This document shows, piece by piece, positions 55,455 to 64,000 of a stretch of 64,000 nucleotides of DNA. Position numbers and translations under genes: made by a program. A model generated the notes under the pieces. The model did no database searches. It was not told the origin of the DNA and was given only the letters and a program-made list of their open reading frames with translations. Where the stretch lies: positions 6,876 to 70,875 of the forward strand of contig JBAYKP010000004.1 in NCBI GenBank assembly GCA_041664465.1. The letters are read 5' to 3'. Origin of the DNA: Minisyncoccota bacterium. Lineage in GTDB: Bacteria > Patescibacteriota > Minisyncoccia > Phycocordibacterales > UBA9973. Positions within the stretch are counted from its first letter, which is position 1. Every line of letters starts with the position of its first letter.

Positions 55455-56003
55455 ATGGAAACAAATATAAACACACCAAAACAATCGAATTTTGTGAAAG
55501 TATCTATTATCGTTGCTATTGTGGTCGTTATGAATCTGTTCTTTAATTATGCTGTATCTTTGGTTTATAAGGAGCCAGTAATGGATTCTTTTATCAAGCC
55601 TACGCAGGTAGTAGAAGCTATAAAGACTAAAGACCAATGTATCTCTGTCGGAGGTCAGTGGAGCGAGAATGCTTATCCTGATCCAGCTCTCAAAGGTAAA
55701 ACTCAAATAGAAGGTTATTGTAATGAGAATTATACAAAACAGCTCAATTATGATGCTGCTCGCAAAGTATATGAGAAGAAAGTATTTATTACTCTCATAA
55801 CTCTTGGAGTCATATCTCTAATTTCTGGAGGATTCATTGCTATCTCAATCCTCTCTATTGCATTCGCTTGGGGCGGAGTACTCTCACTCATTATTGCCTC
55901 AATGCGTTACTGGTCACAAGCAGATAATTTAGCCAAAGTGGTAATCCTCGCTATTGCTCTCGGAATCTTAATCTGGCTTGCAGTAAAGAAATTTAATAAG
56001 TAA
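55455..56003 (+). CDS. hypothetical membrane protein with a small extracytoplasmic Cys pair
   Basis: TM, C..GGQW...YC loop, three further TMs. Confidence 0.7.
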   Translation: METNINTPKQSNFVKVSIIVAIVVVMNLFFNYAVSLVYKEPVMDSFIKPTQVVEAIKTKDQCISVGGQWSENAYPDPALKGKTQIEGYCNENYTKQLNYDAARKVYEKKVFITLITLGVISLISGGFIAISILSIAFAWGGVLSLIIASMRYWSQADNLAKVVILAIALGILIWLAVKKFNK

Positions 56004-56025
56004 AAAATAATTTAAGAAAAGAGAA

Positions 56026-58416
56026 ATGCAAAATTACGATCATAAAAAAATTGAAAAAAAGTGGCAAGGAGTGTGGGAGAAAAGTAAAATCTATGAAGCC
56101 AAGACTGGAGGTAAGGGGAAACCATTTTATGGGCTTATAGAATTCCCTTATCCATCAGGTGCTGGGCTTCATGTAGGACATATACGTAGTAATACTGCTA
56201 TGGATATTATTACACGTAAGCGTCGCATGGAAGGCTACAACGTTCTTTATCCAATTGGTTGGGATGCTTTTGGTCTGCCGACTGAGAACTATGCTATAAA
56301 GATGGGGATAGAGCCAGCAAAAGTCACTAAAACTAATACTGATATTTTCCGTAAACAGTTGAAATCTGTCGGTTTTGGATTTGACTGGTCAAGAGAGATA
56401 GACACAACGAATCCAGCTTATTATAAATGGACTCAATGGATATTTTTACAAATGCATAAAAAAGGGCTGGCTTATAAACATAAAACAGAGATAAATTGGT
56501 GCGAGAAATGCAAAATTGGTTTAGCCAATGAAGAAGTTGTAGCAGGAGTTTGTGAACGTTGCGGGGGCTCTGTGATTAAAAAAGAAAAGGAGCAATGGAT
56601 GCTTGCGATTACTAAATATGCAGACAGACTCGATAAAGATTTAGATGATGTAAATTATTTAGAGAAAATAAAAATTCAACAGAGAAATTGGATAGGCAAG
56701 AGTGAGGGAAGCGAAATAGAATTTAAAATTTCATCTAGGCAAGGCCTAGCTGAAAAAATAAAAGTATTCACAACTCGTGCAGATACTATTTTTGGTGCGA
56801 CGTATGTGGTGCTTGCTCCGGAGCATGAGCTAGTCTCAAAGTTAAAGTTACAGATTTCAAATTGGAATGAAGTAGAAAGTTATATTAAAGAAGTTAAAAA
56901 TAAACCAGACATAGAAAGGACAGCGGAAGATAAAGTAAAAACAGGTATAGAATTGAAAGGGGTCAAAGCTATAAATCCTGCAAATGGGGAAGAAGTCCCT
57001 GTCTGGATTGCCGACTATGTACTTGCGACTTATGGGGCAGGGGCGATAATGGCGGTTCCACAACATGACGACAGAGACAGAGAGTTTGCTACTAAGTTTA
57101 ATTTGCCAATAATAGATAAGCCGCTAGTAAATGCTAAAGAAATAACAGATAAAGTCGGAGGGAAAATTGTTACGAAGTATAAATTACGTGATTGGGTTTT
57201 TTCTAGACAGAGGTATTGGGGGGAGCCGATTCCTATAATACATTGTGAAAAGTGTGGCTATGTGCCAGTACCTGAGAAAGACCTTCCTGTATTGTTGCCC
57301 AAGGTTAAGTCTTATACTCCAACTGACAACGGTGAATCTCCACTCGCTATTATTTCTAAATGGGTAAATACAACTTGTCCTAAATGTAAAGGTAAAGCTA
57401 AAAGAGAGACAGATACAATGCCGAACTGGGCAGGATCGTCTTGGTACTTCTTGCGTTATGCAGATCCAAAGAACAAGAAGGAATTTGCCTCTAAAAAGGC
57501 TTTAAAATATTGGATGAAAGAAGGGGTTAATTGGTACAACGGAGGTATGGAACATACAACTCTCCACTTACTTTATTCTCGTTTTTGGCATAAATTCTTG
57601 TATGATTTGAAATTAGTTCCTACATCGGAGCCTTATATGAAGAGGACTTCGCATGGAATGATCTTGGCCGAAGGTGGAGTGAAAATGTCTAAGTCACTAG
57701 GAAATACTGTAGATCCTAAAGATATTGTTACACTTTATGGAGCTGATACTTTGCGTATTTATGAAATGTTTATTGGTCCGTTTGATCAATCTGTTGCATG
57801 GAGTACAGAGAGTATAATCGGTTCACGAAGATTTCTAGATAAGGTCTGGCGTGTTGCACAGCAACTACAGATGAGCACTGATAAGAAATTACAGATCAAC
57901 ACGGATAAAAAATCAGTATCTATCAGTGATTATAATCAGGGTCAATCAGTAAATTTTTCAATAGAAAAATTATTGCATAAAACGATTAAAAAAATAGAAG
58001 AAGATATAGAGTCTATGAGTTTTAACACCGCTATTTCTTCTATGATGATTTTAGTAAATGAAATGGAAAAAGCTACAAATGTAAATGAGAAAGATTTCAA
58101 AATGTTTCTTCAAATTTTAGCTCCATTTGCTCCGCATATTACAGAAGAGATTTGGCAAAATTTGGATGGGAAGAAGTCTATTCACTTAAGTTCTTGGCCC
58201 AAATATGACAAGAATAAGATTATAGATGAAAAAATTATGATAGGGGTTCAAGTAAATGGAAAAGTTCGCACTGAGATCAGTATAGATAAAGATATAGGAG
58301 AAGATGAGGTTAAGAATTTAGTCTTGAAAAATAAGGATATTTTGGTTTGGATAGAAGAGAAGGAGGTTAAACGTGTTATTTATGTGAAGGGGAGAATTGT
58401 GAATATCGTGGTCTAG
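56026..58416 (+). CDS. leuS: leucine--tRNA ligase, with two repeat-encoded inserts
   Basis: FPYPSGAGLHVGH, GWDAFGLPTEN, SRQRYWGEPIP, KMSKS, QVNGK. Confidence 0.98.
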   Translation: MQNYDHKKIEKKWQGVWEKSKIYEAKTGGKGKPFYGLIEFPYPSGAGLHVGHIRSNTAMDIITRKRRMEGYNVLYPIGWDAFGLPTENYAIKMGIEPAKVTKTNTDIFRKQLKSVGFGFDWSREIDTTNPAYYKWTQWIFLQMHKKGLAYKHKTEINWCEKCKIGLANEEVVAGVCERCGGSVIKKEKEQWMLAITKYADRLDKDLDDVNYLEKIKIQQRNWIGKSEGSEIEFKISSRQGLAEKIKVFTTRADTIFGATYVVLAPEHELVSKLKLQISNWNEVESYIKEVKNKPDIERTAEDKVKTGIELKGVKAINPANGEEVPVWIADYVLATYGAGAIMAVPQHDDRDREFATKFNLPIIDKPLVNAKEITDKVGGKIVTKYKLRDWVFSRQRYWGEPIPIIHCEKCGYVPVPEKDLPVLLPKVKSYTPTDNGESPLAIISKWVNTTCPKCKGKAKRETDTMPNWAGSSWYFLRYADPKNKKEFASKKALKYWMKEGVNWYNGGMEHTTLHLLYSRFWHKFLYDLKLVPTSEPYMKRTSHGMILAEGGVKMSKSLGNTVDPKDIVTLYGADTLRIYEMFIGPFDQSVAWSTESIIGSRRFLDKVWRVAQQLQMSTDKKLQINTDKKSVSISDYNQGQSVNFSIEKLLHKTIKKIEEDIESMSFNTAISSMMILVNEMEKATNVNEKDFKMFLQILAPFAPHITEEIWQNLDGKKSIHLSSWPKYDKNKIIDEKIMIGVQVNGKVRTEISIDKDIGEDEVKNLVLKNKDILVWIEEKEVKRVIYVKGRIVNIVV
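56731..56753. repeat. 23-bp palindrome (CTAGGC family) in leuS
   Basis: TCATCTAGGC-AAG-GCCTAGCTGA; 22/23 identical to the uvrC copy. Confidence 0.9.
57867..57950. repeat. inverted array of ACNGAT / ATCAG(T) units in leuS
   Basis: Four ACNGAT units followed by four ATCAG(T/G) units. Confidence 0.7.
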
Positions 58417-58503
58417 TATTATTTACTTTTATTAAGTATAATATAATTATTAATAATTATTACAAGCCGTCTTTGTATAAAACTATGGCGAGCCAAAGAA
58501 AAA

Positions 58504-60846
58504 ATGGAATCAAAAAGAATTGAATTTTTCAACAAGTTATCGTTTATTACATTATTAGCTACTATCTTCGTCTCTTTGTTTTTCTTCATACCTTATGTCC
58601 CTGTGACTCTTGAGGCTAGTAAAGGATTCCTACTTTCTGTAGGGACGACTTTATCTGTCTTTTTTTGGTTGATTGCAAGACTTGGTGAAGGCAAATTCAC
58701 AATTCCTCGCGATAGACTTATCCTTTTTGTTGGAGTTATTCCTCTCATATTTTTAATTGCATCTTTTTTCTCATCTTCTCTCTATATTTCTCTCTTTGGT
58801 AGTGGTTTTGAAATGGGGACTTTCGGTTCAATGCTCGTACTCTTTGTTCTATTTTTTCTCTCATCAATGTATTTCCAAACAGAAAAGCGTTTATGGTATT
58901 TCTTCGGGGCTCTTTTCTTGGGAGGAGTAATTCTTTCAATTTTTGAATTGGTTAATATGTTTGTTGGCTTTGATCGCTTCCTACCGGGACTTTTGCAAGG
59001 TATTTCATCAGGGAATCTTGTCGGTAGTTGGAATAACTTCGCACTACTTTTTGGTCTTTTTATTTTATTGTCTTTATTCACATTAGAATTTTTAAAAACA
59101 AAAGGAGTATTCCTTATCGTTCAATATTTCTTATTAGTGACAGGAATTTTCTTCCTTATAATTATAAATATTCCACTTGTATGGCTTTTGGTCGCTATCT
59201 TTTCAATGGTCATCTTTGTGTATAGTGTTTCTATTCAACATGCAGGAATAAAGATAATTCACGGAGGAGGAGAAAGCAAGAGATTCCCATTTGTGGCTCT
59301 TGTTGTGATGTTTGTAAGTCTTGTCTTCTTGGTAGGTAGCAACTCTTTAGGTGGATTAATATCTAAATATGTTAATCTTTCCAACCCAGAAGTTCGTCCA
59401 TCTATAGTTACGACAGGTCAAATTGCTCTTAAGTCTATAAAGCACAATCCCGCATTTGGTACTGGCCCAAATACTTTCAGCTTAGACTGGGCTCTCTGGC
59501 AACCTAAAGAAATAGCTTCAACCATCTTTTGGAATTCTGATTTTAGTAATGGATATAGTACTCTTTCTACTTTTGTTGTTACTACTGGTATCTTAGGATT
59601 ATTAGCTTGGATTATCTTTTTCATTATTTTCGTAATAAGAGGAATTCAATCTCTTCGTATTGCTCTCAAGGATCCACTGTCCAATTATTTTATTCTGACG
59701 ACCTTTATGGTCTCTTTATATTGTTGGATTACTTTCGTCATATATACACCCAATATTTTAATGTTAATGTTGGCCTTCTCTTCAAGTGGTATCTTGATCG
59801 GAATATTAGTATATAGACAAGTTATAGAAGTTAAACATTTTTCTTTCTTGAATGATCCTAGGAATAGTTTCTTTGCGATTCTTTCTTTGATGGTTCTAAT
59901 GATTGCTACATTATTCGTCTCATATTTATATGTTGAGAAGTTTACTTCTGTCATATATTTTTCTAAAAGTTTAAATGCTGATAACACGATGGAATCTCTC
60001 GTTCATTCTGAGAAAATGCTTGTGAATGCCATTTCACTAGATAAGAATGATATTTATTATCGTACACTTTCTCAAGTATATGTAGCAGAGATTGGAGCTC
60101 TCGTAAATGATAAGAATGTATCACAAGATACACTCAAGTCTAATCTTCAACAGTTAATAAATTTTGCGCAGAATTCTGCATCTATGGCTGTCAGTCAGAA
60201 TCCTAAACAATATTTAAACTATGTCAATTTGGGCAATGTTTATGCTTCGCTCGTAACGTTATCAGTGGACGGTAGTTATGAAAGTGCCGTTAGCTCTTAT
60301 GCTAAAGCACAGGCTCTAGCACCGAACAATCCATCTATCCTCTTAGCCAAGGCTCAATTAGAATTTGCTAAAAAGAATAACGATGAAGCTCGTAAATTGA
60401 TTAGCCAAGCCTTAGACCTCAAGCTCAATTACACTGATGCTTTATTCCTATTAGCTCAGATTGAGACAAGCGAAGGCAATACGGCTGGGGCTATCAAGCA
60501 AGTAGAACGTGCAGCTCAATTAAATCCAAGTGACTCTACAATCTTTTTTCGATTAGGGTTATTGCGTTACAATAATTCTGATTATACTGGAGCAGTTTCT
60601 GCTTTCGAACAAGCAGTCTTGTTAGACAATGGTTACTTGAATGCTAGATATTTCCTAGGATTGTCTTATCAGAAAGTTGGGCGTAATGGTGATGCTCTAA
60701 TTCAATTTAAAATATTAGATAAAGTCTTGCCAAATAATCAAGATGTCAAGAAGGCGATAGATTCTCTCTCCAATGTAGGTGCTACCGTGGCTCCACTTGC
60801 TCCTGTTACTACTAAACCGGTTACTAAAACACCACAAGGACAATAA
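58504..60846 (+). CDS. polytopic membrane protein (O-antigen ligase/pilin glycosylation-like) with C-terminal TPR repeats
   Basis: About 12 TMs, PAFGTGPNTF loop, TGILG, TPR helices. Confidence 0.75.
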   Translation: MESKRIEFFNKLSFITLLATIFVSLFFFIPYVPVTLEASKGFLLSVGTTLSVFFWLIARLGEGKFTIPRDRLILFVGVIPLIFLIASFFSSSLYISLFGSGFEMGTFGSMLVLFVLFFLSSMYFQTEKRLWYFFGALFLGGVILSIFELVNMFVGFDRFLPGLLQGISSGNLVGSWNNFALLFGLFILLSLFTLEFLKTKGVFLIVQYFLLVTGIFFLIIINIPLVWLLVAIFSMVIFVYSVSIQHAGIKIIHGGGESKRFPFVALVVMFVSLVFLVGSNSLGGLISKYVNLSNPEVRPSIVTTGQIALKSIKHNPAFGTGPNTFSLDWALWQPKEIASTIFWNSDFSNGYSTLSTFVVTTGILGLLAWIIFFIIFVIRGIQSLRIALKDPLSNYFILTTFMVSLYCWITFVIYTPNILMLMLAFSSSGILIGILVYRQVIEVKHFSFLNDPRNSFFAILSLMVLMIATLFVSYLYVEKFTSVIYFSKSLNADNTMESLVHSEKMLVNAISLDKNDIYYRTLSQVYVAEIGALVNDKNVSQDTLKSNLQQLINFAQNSASMAVSQNPKQYLNYVNLGNVYASLVTLSVDGSYESAVSSYAKAQALAPNNPSILLAKAQLEFAKKNNDEARKLISQALDLKLNYTDALFLLAQIETSEGNTAGAIKQVERAAQLNPSDSTIFFRLGLLRYNNSDYTGAVSAFEQAVLLDNGYLNARYFLGLSYQKVGRNGDALIQFKILDKVLPNNQDVKKAIDSLSNVGATVAPLAPVTTKPVTKTPQGQ

Positions 60847-60859
60847 TAGTTTCAATTGA

Positions 60860-62542
60860 ATGCCTAAAAAGATTCTGACATTCTTCAATAGGGAATTTAA
60901 TGGGATAAACGAAGCCGCCTTGTTACTTGGTGGCTTCGCTTTCCTTTCCCAAGTATTGGGGCTGATTCGTGATAGAGCACTTGCAAGTATAGTAGGAGCT
61001 GGTCCCACTTTGGACGTTTACTATGCAGCTTTTCGAATTCCTGATTTTATTTATATTTCTATTGCATCCCTTGCTTCGGTGACGGTCCTTCTTCCTTTTT
61101 TGATAAATAAAATGAAAGAGGATAATAATGACAAGGCTCGTCTCTTTCTAAACAATGTTTTTAGCGCTTATATGCTTTTTATGATTACAATCAGCGTAAT
61201 CATTTCTATTCTAATGCCATATATAGCTTCTTATATTGCTCCCGGTTTTGGAGAATCTCAACTAGCCTCACTCGTTACGACTAGTCGCATTATGCTTCTG
61301 TCTCCTATCTTCATTGGCTTATCAAATATGATTGGATCAGTTACGCAATTATTTAGGAACTTTTTTATTTTTTCTTTGTCTCCCATATTTTATAATTTAG
61401 GAATTCTATCAGGTATTATTTTTTTATATCCTATTTTTGGTGTTTATGGATTAGCTTATGGAGTGATTCTTGGCGCTGTTTTGCATTTATTGGTTCAAGT
61501 TCCTATCGTAGTAAGTCATGGATTATTCCCTAGATTAACTTTCAAAATAAAATGGCGAGAAATTTATAACGTTACCAAGTTATCTATTCCTAGGACATTA
61601 GCCTTATCTTGCAATAGTCTGGCTTTCATTGTCCTTATTGCTATGGCTTCCACTTTGAAAGAAGGATCTATATCTTTATTTACATTTTCCTTCAATCTCC
61701 AATCTGTTCCTGTTGGAATTATAGGGATTTCATATTCAGTTGCCGCTTTCCCGATTCTTGTCAGATCATTTTCTTTGAATGATATGAATAATTTCATCAC
61801 TCATATAATAGGAGCAGCCAAGCAAATCATTTTCTGGTCTTTGCCTATTATTGCTCTTATTACTGTTCTGCGTGCGCAGATTGTGCGTGTAGTCTTAGGT
61901 TCCAATGCTTTCTCTTGGTCAGACACTAGACTGACGGCCGCTGCTATTGCTTTATTTATAGTATCTTTGATCACACAGAGTTTAGTTCTTCTTTTTGTCC
62001 GAGGTTATTATGCTGCAGCCAAGACCAAGACCCCTCTTATTGTCAATGTATTCTCTTCTGTTATGGTTATAATCTTTGCTTACGTTACTCTTTTTATATT
62101 TAAAAATTATCCGGGCACTTTACATTCCATTGAATCAATTCTTAGGGTGAAAGATGTCCCAGGGACGATAATGTTAGCTCTGCCGATTGCTTACGCCTTA
62201 GGTTCAATATTGAATTTCTTTTTAATTTGGATTATGTTTAAGCGGGATTTCTTGAAGGGGAGAGGAACTATGCTTTATAAAACATTTTTAGAAAGTTTCT
62301 TAGGCGCCATTACGATGGGACTTTTTGCTTATATTTCATTAAATTTCTTTAGTTACATTTTTGATTTGGATACATTTCTAGGAATTTTCTTGCAAGGTTT
62401 GATCTCGGGACTTATAGGTATCGGGGCTGGTATATTAGTTTTGTATATATTTAAGAATCAAGAATTACTAGATATAGCAAAAGCTCTTAGCCATAAATTA
62501 TCAAATAAGAATATTATCGCCCCAGAGCAGACAGATTTATAG
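60860..62542 (+). CDS. murJ: lipid II flippase MurJ (MviN)
   Basis: SQVLGLIRDR, YYAAFRIPD, SPIFYNLG, PVGIIG, RGYYA. Confidence 0.92.
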   Translation: MPKKILTFFNREFNGINEAALLLGGFAFLSQVLGLIRDRALASIVGAGPTLDVYYAAFRIPDFIYISIASLASVTVLLPFLINKMKEDNNDKARLFLNNVFSAYMLFMITISVIISILMPYIASYIAPGFGESQLASLVTTSRIMLLSPIFIGLSNMIGSVTQLFRNFFIFSLSPIFYNLGILSGIIFLYPIFGVYGLAYGVILGAVLHLLVQVPIVVSHGLFPRLTFKIKWREIYNVTKLSIPRTLALSCNSLAFIVLIAMASTLKEGSISLFTFSFNLQSVPVGIIGISYSVAAFPILVRSFSLNDMNNFITHIIGAAKQIIFWSLPIIALITVLRAQIVRVVLGSNAFSWSDTRLTAAAIALFIVSLITQSLVLLFVRGYYAAAKTKTPLIVNVFSSVMVIIFAYVTLFIFKNYPGTLHSIESILRVKDVPGTIMLALPIAYALGSILNFFLIWIMFKRDFLKGRGTMLYKTFLESFLGAITMGLFAYISLNFFSYIFDLDTFLGIFLQGLISGLIGIGAGILVLYIFKNQELLDIAKALSHKLSNKNIIAPEQTDL

Positions 62543-62583
62543 ACAGCCTTTCATTTTAAGGGTTTTTTTGGTAGGATAAGAGT

Positions 62584-64000
62584 ATGCAGAATATTAAACA
62601 TATCAGGAATTTTTCAATTATTGCTCATATTGATCATGGCAAGAGTACTTTAGCGGATAGAATGCTTGAAGTGACAGGCACAATAGAGAAACGTAAAATG
62701 AAAGATCAGGTACTTGACTCTATGGAGCTTGAAAGAGAGCGGGGTATTACTATTAAAATGCAACCGGTTCGGATGGAGTATATTTTAGATAATGAAAAGT
62801 ATATTTTAAATTTGATTGATACTCCGGGACATATAGATTTCTCTTATGAAGTTTCTCGAGCGCTTAAGGCGGTAGAGGGGTCCATACTTCTCGTAGACGC
62901 TACTCAAGGAGTCCAAGCTCAGACGCTTACGACGCTTCAAATGGCACGTGACCTAGGGCTTGTCATTATCCCAGTAATTTCCAAGATAGATTCACCTTTA
63001 GCTAGAATAGATGAAGTGAAAATGGAAGTTGCCCTTCTTCTAGATATTGATCCAGATATCATTATGATGGTTTCAGGTAGGACCGGAGAAGGTGTCAGAG
63101 AATTACTTTCCGAAATAGTTAAACGTATCCCAGCACCCAAAGAAAATGAAGTGGTAACTTCAAGTGGCCGGGCACTTGTCTTTGATTTCAAATATGACAA
63201 CCATAGAGGAGTTATCGTTTATGTTCGTGTAATAGATGGCGAATTTCAGAAAGGGAGCTCACTTTTATTTGCTGTATCATCCGAGAAATTTATTTCTCTT
63301 GAGGTAGGGACTTTTTCTCCCGAAGAAGAAAGTAAAGAAAAAATAGGAACAGGCGAGATTGGCTATATCGTCACAGGAATTAAAAAGCCAGGGATTGCTT
63401 CTGTTGGAGATACTATAACGTATTTGAAAAAGCCAATGCCGGCTCTATCGGGGTATATGAATCCCAAGCCAGTTGTCTGGGCTTCTGTCTATCCTGAGAG
63501 TCAGGATGATTTCCCTAATTTAAAACAAGCCTTGGGGCGTCTACGTCTTTCTGATTCTTCTTTTTCTTACGAAGAAGAATCTTCAGGATCTTTAGGTAGA
63601 GGATACCGGTGTGGATTCCTGGGAATGCTCCATCTTGAAATAATCGCTGAGAGATTAAATAGAGAGTTTGATTTAGAACTGATAGTAACGATGCCATCCA
63701 TAACATATAAAGTAGTTCTACGTAATGGAAAAGAGGATACTATTTATTCTCCTCATCTTTTTCCTGATGATGGTAATATCATAAAGGTTTTTGAGCCGTG
63801 GGTAAATGTGAAAATTATTACTCCATCTATATATACGAGCTACCTGATGCCATTTTTATATGACCATGAGGGAGTTATCAAAACAACAGAAAATTTTGGA
63901 GATAATAGATCCTCCATTGATTTAGAAATGCCCCTTCGCGAGCTCATGAGAAATTTCTTTGATGATATGAAAAGTCTTACTTCTGGGTACGCCTCTATTT
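62584..64000 (+). CDS. lepA: elongation factor 4, 3'-truncated by the window edge; absent from the ORF track
   Basis: MQNIKHIRNFSIIAHIDHGKSTLADRMLE, ERERGITIK, LIDTPGHIDFSYEVSR, CGFLGMLH. Confidence 0.97.
   Translation, partial: MQNIKHIRNFSIIAHIDHGKSTLADRMLEVTGTIEKRKMKDQVLDSMELERERGITIKMQPVRMEYILDNEKYILNLIDTPGHIDFSYEVSRALKAVEGSILLVDATQGVQAQTLTTLQMARDLGLVIIPVISKIDSPLARIDEVKMEVALLLDIDPDIIMMVSGRTGEGVRELLSEIVKRIPAPKENEVVTSSGRALVFDFKYDNHRGVIVYVRVIDGEFQKGSSLLFAVSSEKFISLEVGTFSPEEESKEKIGTGEIGYIVTGIKKPGIASVGDTITYLKKPMPALSGYMNPKPVVWASVYPESQDDFPNLKQALGRLRLSDSSFSYEEESSGSLGRGYRCGFLGMLHLEIIAERLNREFDLELIVTMPSITYKVVLRNGKEDTIYSPHLFPDDGNIIKVFEPWVNVKIITPSIYTSYLMPFLYDHEGVIKTTENFGDNRSSIDLEMPLRELMRNFFDDMKSLTSGYASI

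Noticed and set aside
56836-56866. Weak 7-nt periodicity in leuS (SKLKLQISN)
   Set aside because: Too degenerate to distinguish from ordinary coding sequence.
244-63706. Numerous 60-200 aa antisense or alternate-frame ORFs within long genes
   Set aside because: Shadow ORFs of well-supported genes with no recognisable motifs.
1-64000. CRISPR array, integrase, IS transposase, prophage or rRNA
   Set aside because: No regularly spaced repeat-spacer array and no such protein motifs or rRNA sequence seen; the repeats are dispersed palindromes.

Overview
AT-rich chromosomal segment of a small-genome bacterium. Gene content (two stand-alone VirD4/TrwB-like ATPases, tandem Cys-rich proteins, short ProRS, tRNAs without encoded CCA, no clear Shine-Dalgarno motifs) suggests Patescibacteria/CPR (Parcubacteria-like); this is an inference. 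TGA is used as a stop codon. The window is mostly housekeeping: rpoB (partial)-rpoC-dnaG-rpoD, tsf/rpsB, proS-mreBC-tgt, uvrB/uvrA/uvrC, ddl, gpsA, engB, murA/murB/alr, rpmG, miaA, ychF, tsaC, leuS, murJ and lepA (partial). It also has four normal tRNAs (Thr, Ala, Leu, Trp), one atypical tRNA and a toxin-antitoxin pair. The most striking unexplained signal is a population of short GC-rich palindromes in several distinct families. They occur between genes and in frame inside core genes (rpoD, tgt, uvrB x3, uvrA x3, uvrC, miaA x3, leuS x2, a coupling ATPase x2), where they add extra peptide loops. One family brackets a DUF559 endonuclease cassette, a candidate mobiliser. Other highlights: hairpin-rich 'echo' copies of tRNA 3' ends behind tRNA-Ala and tRNA-Trp, a tRNA with an Ala (GGC) anticodon arm on a Pro-type acceptor stem, a ProRS with an altered catalytic core, and an apparently circularly permuted DsbA-family protein. 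All alignments to homologues are from memory of the families; no search was run.
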